From Candidatus Binataceae bacterium (GTDB lineage Bacteria > Desulfobacterota > Binatia > Binatales > Binataceae): a DNA stretch of 64,000 nt. Below are positions 57,084-64,000 of this stretch, one piece after another; position 1 is the first letter of the stretch; every line of letters starts with the position of its first letter. The notes under the pieces are model-generated. The model ran no database searches, was not told the DNA's origin, and saw nothing but the letters and a program-made list of their open reading frames with translations. The stretch is from positions 10,603 through 74,602 of the forward strand of contig DATGLK010000103.1 of assembly GCA_035294265.1 (NCBI GenBank), in the 5' to 3' direction. The translations under genes and the position numbers were made by a program.

Positions 57084-57383
57084 ATGAAAGTACTTCTAGC
57101 GATCATCCTGATTGGTGCGGCGGCTGGCTGTTATTACGCTTATCGCTCCTATCGCGCCCAACAAAATCAGCTCATTCTGCAAGCTGTCCAAATCCACGAC
57201 CTACAGCAACAACTGGCTAAGCTGCAGAATGACGACCAGGTAAGCCACCAGGCGCTGGCCCAGGTACAAAAGGAAAATAACCGCCTGGCCGCGGTCAACG
57301 ACAGCTTGGCCAAAGCGCTGGCGCAGGCCAAGGTCACCGGCAAAGTCCCTAATATCCTGCCCGCGCCCTATCCGCCCAAGTAG
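57084..57383 (+). CDS. Hypothetical membrane-anchored coiled-coil protein
   Basis: N-terminal hydrophobic anchor, Gln/Leu-rich heptads, Pro-rich tail. Confidence 0.65.
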   Translation: MKVLLAIILIGAAAGCYYAYRSYRAQQNQLILQAVQIHDLQQQLAKLQNDDQVSHQALAQVQKENNRLAAVNDSLAKALAQAKVTGKVPNILPAPYPPK

Positions 57384-57393
57384 CGCCTGAGGC

Positions 57394-57939
57394 TCAAGAC
57401 TGCCGTGCCCGCGCATCCACCACGAAACGCTGAAATTCTGCCAGATGGCTCAGCGAGTGCATGTCTGGCAGGCGGTCGAGATAAACCTCTCCACGCAAAT
57501 GATCGGTCTCGTGCTGGATCACCCGGGCATGAAAATCACTGGCTTCGAAGTCCAGCTCTTCGCCTCTGCGCCCCAGCGCCTGCACTCGTACCCGCTTGTA
57601 CCGAGGAACTGCTCCGCGCAAATCCGGAATACTCAGGCAACCCTCCCAACCCACTATTCGGCTGTCATCTAAAATGGTCAGGCGCGGGTTGACCAGGACT
57701 GTCAGCGGCACGGCCTCGGCCTCCGGGTAGCGTGGATTGCCATTGACTTCGAGCACCGCTAGTTGCAGCGACAAATGGATCTGGGTCGCGGCCAACCCCA
57801 CTCCATTGTACTCGCGCATGGTCTCGATCATGGAGTCCACCAGCGCTTGAAACTCGGCTCCCGCAATCTCCTCGTGGGTAACTTCGCGCGCTCGTGTTCG
57901 GACGATCGGATGGCCTAGCCGCGCCACCTTTAGAATCAT
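57394..57939 (-). CDS. def: Peptide deformylase
   Basis: GVGLAATQ, EGCLS and QHETDHL motifs. Confidence 0.96.
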   Translation of the reverse strand: MILKVARLGHPIVRTRAREVTHEEIAGAEFQALVDSMIETMREYNGVGLAATQIHLSLQLAVLEVNGNPRYPEAEAVPLTVLVNPRLTILDDSRIVGWEGCLSIPDLRGAVPRYKRVRVQALGRRGEELDFEASDFHARVIQHETDHLRGEVYLDRLPDMHSLSHLAEFQRFVVDARARQS

Positions 57940-58010
57940 CTCGCCAGCTCCTCGACGGCGCTTTCGATGTCGGCGCCGCAGCCCTCAATGTTCAAGCTTT
58001 CAAAGCCCCG

Positions 58011-58526
58011 CTATTGATTGGAACTTCCGCTGCTCTCCGATTTCGCACCGGGCGTGTCCGCAGCCGCATTGGACATCTTTTCCTGCACTACCGAAGCAAT
58101 GGTCTGATCGGGGGCGTAATAGATGCGGTAGAGTGTCAACTTACTCTCGGCCAGTTTCAGCCTCGCTTGGCGCACTGCCACCGAGGAACCCATCGTCAGC
58201 ACTCCCAGGGCGATATTACGCGGCCGGATCTTGGGATCAACGAATTTGCTCCCGTCCGGATTAAACGCGTAAATATCCTCGAGCTGTCCACTGCTGGTGG
58301 TCTCCGATGCGTTGGGGTCGCCAAAGGCGGTTTGAACCTGGCTGCGTGGCGTCCCCAGTTTCAGCACAGCCGCATCGTAATGCACCGAGCTGTCCTTCAT
58401 GGTCACGCTTTGCAAAATGCCAGTTGGAGTATAGTCCTTCGCCTGCACGGCCGGAGCCGTTGGCTGAAACTGCGTACAAGCGCTCAGCCAAACCGCGCTG
58501 AGCACTATCCAAACAATTGCGATCAT
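58011..58526 (-). CDS. Lipoprotein with SmpA/OmlA (BamE/OsmE)-like motif
   Basis: Lipobox LSAC. LKLGTPRSQVQTAFGDP resembles the SmpA/OmlA core. Confidence 0.6.
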   Translation of the reverse strand: MIAIVWIVLSAVWLSACTQFQPTAPAVQAKDYTPTGILQSVTMKDSSVHYDAAVLKLGTPRSQVQTAFGDPNASETTSSGQLEDIYAFNPDGSKFVDPKIRPRNIALGVLTMGSSVAVRQARLKLAESKLTLYRIYYAPDQTIASVVQEKMSNAAADTPGAKSESSGSSNQ

Positions 58527-59047
58527 TTCCTTTAGTCTGCCTTTTGGAGTGGGAATACCACTTAGGAGCGGTTTATAGCCTAAACCGACGAAAGGCGAAA
58601 CCTTGACCTACCTTGCGCAGCCTGCCCCATGTGTCGAGGGAGCAGCCGCTACCGCCGCCAAGCGACGGCGTCGAAGAATCAGCGTACCACAGGACCTCTT
58701 CTTCCTTCAGTTTCTATGTTGGCCAGGAAAGGTGCTCATAAATCCGCGACCGCTCGCCCATGAAGAGAGGAATCAAACATCGGAGGCCGCGCACACTGCG
58801 AGTCTGCTCAACCGTCGTTTCCCTGACCGGGATGTTCATTGTGCCGCTTCCAATCACCCTCTCAGGTCAGGGAAAGAGATACCCCTGCTGCTCATTTTCC
58901 GAGCAGTTAGTTGAGATTGACACCCGCACCCCAGAATCGGCCCTTGCTGGCGCTCAGGACGACGCTGGGGAGCCCGCAGCCCGACTTACCCAGCGGCTGC
59001 GAGATCGTAGGTTAAGAAGTGCAACCGTGCGGACTTTTTCGCGCCCG

Positions 59048-59239
59048 CTAGGAGGCCAACATCTCTTTCTGCGACAAACTCATCTTCCTGCACCAAGTTT
59101 CAATATCGCCAAGCCGAAACCGCCAATCCCCGCCTACCTTGAAGCCTGGCAATTCGCCCTTGGAGAGCATCCGGTAGACCGTGGAGGGATGGCAGTGTAG
59201 GTACTCGCTCAGCTCCCTGACTGTCATGATTTCGACCAT
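59048..59239 (-). CDS. Excisionase-family helix-turn-helix protein (HTH_17)
   Basis: IMTVRELSEYLHCHPSTVYRMLSKGELPGFKVGGDWRF. GGAGA RBS upstream. Confidence 0.88.
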   Translation of the reverse strand: MVEIMTVRELSEYLHCHPSTVYRMLSKGELPGFKVGGDWRFRLGDIETWCRKMSLSQKEMLAS

Positions 59240-59565
59240 GAGCTTTTTCTCTCCAGCCCGCGCGAGCCCGAATAAAAGGAGCCCCCGGGATGCAAAACTT
59301 CACTAACAAGACGAGCTACTGGTTAATTTGGTTGACCGGCTGCAAAAAAGTTTTTTGGAGGGGGCGCCCCCGCGACTTGCTCGCCACGGGCAGATCCGGC
59401 GATTAATTCGCTGACCAATCGCCCGTTTGCGCAAGCGGCTTGGCGGTTCACAGGCTGCACGCCTTGACCCGAACGCCAGCCCCACCTAGAACTTAGCCAG
59501 CGAAGCTAGCCACGAACGGGAGCTGAACACGCCCCACGGCAGCGCGACCTCGCTGAGGAGCAGGC

Positions 59566-60573
59566 ATGGAATTTGGCATTTTCGATCATCTCGACCGCAA
59601 CACCCTGCCCTTGCAGGAATTTTACGAGGGTCGGCTCAAACTCGCCGAGGCCCTGGATCGCGCCGGGTTTTATGCCTATCACATAGCCGAGCATCACTCG
59701 ACCCCGCTGGGAATGGCGCCCTCGCCTTCCCTGTTCTTGGCCGCGATGGCCGAGCGCACCCGCCGGCTACGCTTCGGACCGCTGGTTTACTGCCTGCCTT
59801 TTTACCACCCGCTGCGCTTGCTCGAAGAGATCTGCATGCTCGATCAGCTCAGCGGCGGCCGTCTCGAAGTCGGCATCGGGCGCGGGATCTCGCCGTTCGA
59901 AGCCGGCTATTACGGGGTCGATTACAGCCAAGCCCGCAAGGTCTTTGATGAGACTCTTGAGATCATTACCAAGGGCATGATCTCCAAGACTCTGACCTTC
60001 GACGGCGACTACTACCACTTCCATGGCGTGCCGATAGAATTGCAACCGGTTCAGACGCCCCATCCGCCCTTCTGGTACGGCGTTCATACGGTAGAAAGCG
60101 CCGAGAACACCGCCCGCCGCGGCTTCAACATTGTAAGTGGCGACCCCGTCGCCACCGTGCGCCAAATCACCGACCGCTATCGCGCGGTCTGGGCGGAAAC
60201 CGGGCGCAATCCCAACTACCTGCCCAAGCTAGGGCTGACCCGTTTCGTAGTGGTGGCAGAGGACGACGAAACCGCGCTCAATATCGGCCGGCGCGCCTAT
60301 CCCAAATGGCACGCCAGCTTCAGCCATCTCTACCACACCCATGGCCGTTCCCCGATGCTGGGCGAACGTCCCGCGGATTGGGAAGGCATCCGCAACAACG
60401 GGGTCGGCATCGCTGGCTCGCCCAAGACAGTAGCCACGATCTTGCGCCAGCAACTAGCTGAGTCCGGGGTTAATTACCTAGTCGCCCATTTCATCTTCGG
60501 CGACATCACGCTGAGCGAGGCCTTACGTACGGTCGATCTGTTCAAACGCGAAGTGATACCTGCGCTGGAATAG
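59566..60573 (+). CDS. Luciferase-like (LLM class) flavin-dependent oxidoreductase
   Basis: GAGGAG RBS. MEFGIF, AEHHSTP, PLRLLEEICMLDQLSGGRLEVGIGRG, PVQTPHPPFW. Confidence 0.92.
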   Translation: MEFGIFDHLDRNTLPLQEFYEGRLKLAEALDRAGFYAYHIAEHHSTPLGMAPSPSLFLAAMAERTRRLRFGPLVYCLPFYHPLRLLEEICMLDQLSGGRLEVGIGRGISPFEAGYYGVDYSQARKVFDETLEIITKGMISKTLTFDGDYYHFHGVPIELQPVQTPHPPFWYGVHTVESAENTARRGFNIVSGDPVATVRQITDRYRAVWAETGRNPNYLPKLGLTRFVVVAEDDETALNIGRRAYPKWHASFSHLYHTHGRSPMLGERPADWEGIRNNGVGIAGSPKTVATILRQQLAESGVNYLVAHFIFGDITLSEALRTVDLFKREVIPALE

Positions 60574-60689
60574 CTCTGGCTCGTGCTTGTCCTCCGCTCG
60601 CGCGCTTAGCCCGCTGACGCGGTTCTTTGAAGAGCACCATGGGCAACCACCTCCAGAGTGGTTCATGCGGCCCACCGCGCTCCAGCGCG

Positions 60690-60959
60690 CTAATAGCCAA
60701 ATGGCGGAACATAGCCCCAGCGGTCGTGATAGATGTCCCACTGGTCGTGGCGGATATCGGCGCGTTCGGCCCATGCCGCGCGATAGTGGCCAAAGGCGAG
60801 ATCACGGTTTAACTGCCAGCGATCGTGAGCCAAGTCGCGCCAATCGCGATGGAGGTCCCAGCGCTGGCCGGGAAACCATTGCGCGTGCGCGGCCATCGGT
60901 AAGCTCAGCATCAGCCCTGCCAGCGCGGCGATAATCAAAGCTCTCCTCGCGGTCCTCAT
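60690..60959 (-). CDS. Small secreted Trp/Asp/Arg/His-rich protein
   Basis: Signal peptide MRTARRALIIAALAGLMLSLPMAAHA, then WDLHRDWRDLAHDRWQLNRDL...ADIRHDQWDIYHDRW. Confidence 0.7.
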   Translation of the reverse strand: MRTARRALIIAALAGLMLSLPMAAHAQWFPGQRWDLHRDWRDLAHDRWQLNRDLAFGHYRAAWAERADIRHDQWDIYHDRWGYVPPFGY

Positions 60960-61046
60960 CGGCTTGCACCTCGTCACCAGATTTCTGCCAATCAGACGCA
61001 GGATGCCGCGGTCTTGTTTACCAACCTCACAACGCTCGAGCTGTGC

Positions 61047-62687
61047 CTACAGGAAAATCCGGCCTAAAAAGTCGGCCAGCCGCGCAGCTTGCGGGGGAAA
61101 AGAACGGTAACCTATATAGCCGTCGGGGCGAATCAGGTAGAGGCCCGCGCCGGCCGCATGGTACTGCGCATGCAGCTTGTGCGCGGAATCCCAGATCGTC
61201 GCGCCGCTCCAGCCCAAGCCCTTGGGCAGCCCCCCTTCGTTGACGACCAGCAGCGGTTTGACGCATTGGCCGTAACGCTCGGTCACGCGCTGGCCAATCC
61301 CGGCAAGCTCGCGATAGTCTGCCCACTGAGCCTCAACCCCTGGAAAGAGCAGCAGGCAATGGGTGGTGCCACGCAGCATCTCCCATAGGCCAACCTCCTG
61401 CCCCGCTTCGGTGCGCAAACTTGAGACCTCCGGCGCGCGATCCCCGACCGCCGGGCCACCGGCGAAGGAAGCGAAGATTTTTGCTATGCCCTCTTGATAG
61501 TCCTCCACCAGCGGACTTTTGCGATAATTGACCGAAAGCTCTGCCAGCGTGCGCCCCGCTCGCTGGGTCAGGAACTCGCTGCCGCTCAGTACCGCCATCA
61601 GCCGGCTGCGAACCACCATCCCCACCGGGCTGCGCAGCGCCCCTATCCGCGTGGTCAGATCGGTGGCGGTCAGCACTGCGCGCCCCACAGCATGCCGCTC
61701 GGCGCTGTAGCTATCGAGAATCTCGGCTCTCCCCAGTCCTTTGAGCACCAGCGCCAATTTCCAGCCCAGGTTATAGGCGTCCTGCAACCCGGTGTTCATC
61801 CCCTGCCCGCCGGCGGGCGAGTGGATGTGGCAGGCGTCGCCGGCCAGAAAAACCCGATTCACCCGATAGCTTTGGGCTTGCCGCCGGTGAATGCGAAAGT
61901 ACGATAACCACAGCGCATCGTGCAGCCGAATTCCTTTGGTGGCGCGCGAGTCTACCAGCGCCTGCATATCCGCCAGGCTTGGCTCGCCGTGATCGGGCGC
62001 CTCATCGCAAGTCGCCATCAGGCGATAGCGACCACCGCCAAAGGGAAAGAACATCAGCATCCCGCTCTCGGTGAAAAATCCCGTGATCTCGTCGGCTGGC
62101 ATGATCCAGTCCACGTGGGCATCGGCCAGAGCGAAATGCTCGGGATATTCGGCCCCTTCGAAAGCCAGGTTGAGCGCGTGACGCACCGCGCTGTGGGCTC
62201 CGTCGCAGCCCACCAGGTATTGAAAGCGCGCGCGCTCTTCACCATCGACTCCCTTCAGGCACGCGGTCACTGCGTTGCCGTCCTGTTCAAGCCCCACCAA
62301 CTCGACATTGCGCTCGACCCGCACTCCAAGGGCGCTCGCATACTCCCCCAAGAGCCGCTCGGTCTGGTCCTGCGGCAGCATCAACGCAAAATTGTAACGG
62401 CTTTCCAATCCGTCGAGGGTCACGTGCAAGATTCGCTTGCCCCCGCTGTAGGCGCTGATTCCGTGGACCTTGACACCAGTATCGACAAAGCGCTCGGCGA
62501 TTCCCAAGGCCTCGAAAATCTCCAGGGTATGGGCCTGGATCGCAGCGGCCTTGGAATGCTCCGAAGGCGCGGGCGCCTTATCAACTATCCTGCAACTCAG
62601 CCCGTGACGGACCAATTCCGAAGCCATCATCAAACCGGTCGGGCCAGCCCCAACCACCAGCACCGCTGCCTCCCCCATCGCACTCAT
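61047..62687 (-). CDS. FAD-dependent monooxygenase (FAD_binding_3, PheA/TfdB-like)
   Basis: VVGAGPTG, VGCDGAHSAVR, FLAGDACHIHSPAGGQGMNTGLQDAYNLGWKLA, YSAERH, C-terminal LIRPDGYI. Confidence 0.93.
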   Translation of the reverse strand: MSAMGEAAVLVVGAGPTGLMMASELVRHGLSCRIVDKAPAPSEHSKAAAIQAHTLEIFEALGIAERFVDTGVKVHGISAYSGGKRILHVTLDGLESRYNFALMLPQDQTERLLGEYASALGVRVERNVELVGLEQDGNAVTACLKGVDGEERARFQYLVGCDGAHSAVRHALNLAFEGAEYPEHFALADAHVDWIMPADEITGFFTESGMLMFFPFGGGRYRLMATCDEAPDHGEPSLADMQALVDSRATKGIRLHDALWLSYFRIHRRQAQSYRVNRVFLAGDACHIHSPAGGQGMNTGLQDAYNLGWKLALVLKGLGRAEILDSYSAERHAVGRAVLTATDLTTRIGALRSPVGMVVRSRLMAVLSGSEFLTQRAGRTLAELSVNYRKSPLVEDYQEGIAKIFASFAGGPAVGDRAPEVSSLRTEAGQEVGLWEMLRGTTHCLLLFPGVEAQWADYRELAGIGQRVTERYGQCVKPLLVVNEGGLPKGLGWSGATIWDSAHKLHAQYHAAGAGLYLIRPDGYIGYRSFPPQAARLADFLGRIFL

Positions 62688-62728
62688 TTCAAGTAGATTC
62701 TCCTTGGATAAAACATCTCCCCATCCTT

Positions 62729-62754
62729 AAAACAACGAAGCCTAATCCGGCTTC
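62729..62754 (-). terminator. Possible rho-independent terminator after yqgE
   Basis: Minus strand GAAGCC-GGATTA-GGCTTC followed by GTTGTTTT. Confidence 0.4.
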
Positions 62755-62930
62755 TTTCGCCGAGCCAGTGCCAGCGTCCATCTTAACAACGGCAGATAAA
62801 CCTCACCTGTAGTTTCAGCAGGCCGTATCCTTCGTAAACGACCAGCTCGCTTGCCCAATCTTCTGACCAAGCAGCAATAAGAGAGCCGGGCGCAGAGGGC
62901 GCGAACTTTTCCCGGTCTGCTACAGCTCGG

Positions 62931-63638
62931 TCACGGCGCGAAAACGCGATAGGCGGGAGTGGACGGCGGACTCAGATCGAGCACCGGTTTCAACCGAAGC
63001 GGCACCGACGGAGTCTCATCGGGTGCCAGCGCGCGTTCCATCTGAGCGCGCTCCACCAGGGTGTGCCACACTTGCCCGGGTGTGGCGCTGAAGACCACCT
63101 CGGGGTCGGCAGGCAGCACATACCAGGATCCCTCCTGCATCTCGCCGTGCAACTGCTCGGGAGCCCATTGCGCGCGGCCCAGGTACAGGCGCACGTCGCT
63201 GGCAATCGGTCGGCGTTTAAACATGTCGATTGCGAAGCTGGGATCCAGGCTAACGTAAACTCCATCAAAAAGCTCGGTGGCCTGGGGCGAGGCACGCGCT
63301 GCCCGATAGAGGACGGCTGGCGTCTCGACGTCCACCGGACCGCCCAAAAAGGCGGTCTGGGTCACTCCCTTGAGAGCCGGATTGCGGGGAAAGAGCTTAG
63401 CCAGCCCGATCTGGGTGGGCTTATTGACGATCAATCCTACCACCAAGGGCAGCTTGCTGTTGGGCAGCATCAGGATGACCGATTGTGAAAACAGCGGATC
63501 GCCCAGATCGGGCGTCGCCACCAGAAAGACTGGGCTATGGTCGGGAGAGTCCTGCGCCGGAGCCAGACCGAAGAAGCCGACGAGGATCATGAGTCCGACG
63601 CTCAGCACCAAAGCGATTGTGGCCAGCTTCGCGCGCAT
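62931..63638 (-). CDS. yqgE: YqgE/AlgH family protein with N-terminal signal peptide
   Basis: GAGGAG RBS. FLVATPDLGDPLFSQSVIL, GLIVNKP, FLGGPV, RLYLGRAQWAPEQLHGE...GSW. Confidence 0.88.
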   Translation of the reverse strand: MRAKLATIALVLSVGLMILVGFFGLAPAQDSPDHSPVFLVATPDLGDPLFSQSVILMLPNSKLPLVVGLIVNKPTQIGLAKLFPRNPALKGVTQTAFLGGPVDVETPAVLYRAARASPQATELFDGVYVSLDPSFAIDMFKRRPIASDVRLYLGRAQWAPEQLHGEMQEGSWYVLPADPEVVFSATPGQVWHTLVERAQMERALAPDETPSVPLRLKPVLDLSPPSTPAYRVFAP

Positions 63639-63888
63639 CGCTCCTCGCGGGACCGGTAATCGCATTTCGCATTGCGTTATACCACCGCCCGCCCTGTTTC
63701 GATTATGGACCACGGCCGGGTCGATGGAAACTGCTTTGCGACCGATGACTAAAAACAGCACGCGCCGCACCCTTCTTAGCATCGGCCCGGGAGCACGGAC
63801 AAGCGGCAGCGCCCATCCTCACTAGCCACCAGCTTCCCACCCCTGCCATCGCCCCTATCCCAACGGCGCGCGAAGCTGCTCGGACCGG

Positions 63889-64000
63889 TCAGGGCCGATA
63901 GAGGGTGGGAAACTTCTGCTGCAGAAGCTTTAGCTTGGGCAGATCGTTGAACACGATATAGGGGTTGTCTGGGTGCCGCTCCAGGAAGTTCTGATGATAA
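63889..64000 (-). CDS. msrA: Peptide-methionine (S)-S-oxide reductase, C-terminal part (5' truncated by window)
   Basis: Manual translation YHQNFLERHPDNPYIVFNDLPKLKLLQQKFPTLYRP* matches the MsrA C-terminus. Confidence 0.85.
   Translation of the reverse strand, partial: YHQNFLERHPDNPYIVFNDLPKLKLLQQKFPTLYRP

Noticed and set aside
1-64000. CRISPR array, prophage, intact transposon or defence system
   Set aside because: No regularly spaced repeats and no integrase, phage, cas or toxin-antitoxin genes were recognised.

Overview
GC-rich bacterial chromosomal window. The gene content suggests a deltaproteobacteria-like diderm, possibly Binatota/Binatia (inference). It is mostly core genome, with no intact mobile element, prophage or CRISPR array. 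From left to right: (1) a polyphosphate-flavoured region (partial CHAD gene missed by the ORF track, sixA, ROK/polyP glucokinase) interleaved with DUF1329, MlaC, an IS1380 scar and a Rieske scar; (2) a large DUF748 protein, then MFS, Rieske oxygenase, gentisate-type cupin and a Tat-lipoprotein flavin amine oxidase; (3) a minus-strand envelope run, folC-lptD-lptE-gmd-wzz-wzx-GT4-carbamoyltransferase-methyltransferase-GT4, then a divergent lpxA, yacG and a two-module GT-C/PMT glycosyltransferase coupled to a CBM-like protein; (4) DsbA-like, TPR, DUF151, VWA/MoxR, FAD oxidase, thiD, a probable 6S RNA and DUF6178; (5) housekeeping genes pgsA-like, hflX, dnaE, rplY, prs, tRNA-Gln, ispE, meaB, a phosphoesterase and tRNA-Met; (6) an accessory tail with def, lipoprotein, HTH, LLM, FAD monooxygenase, yqgE and partial msrA. 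The most unusual signal is an unannotated tRNA-shaped element at 56896-56991 whose anticodon loop is 28 nt instead of 7. All family calls come from motif recognition by eye, not from database searches.
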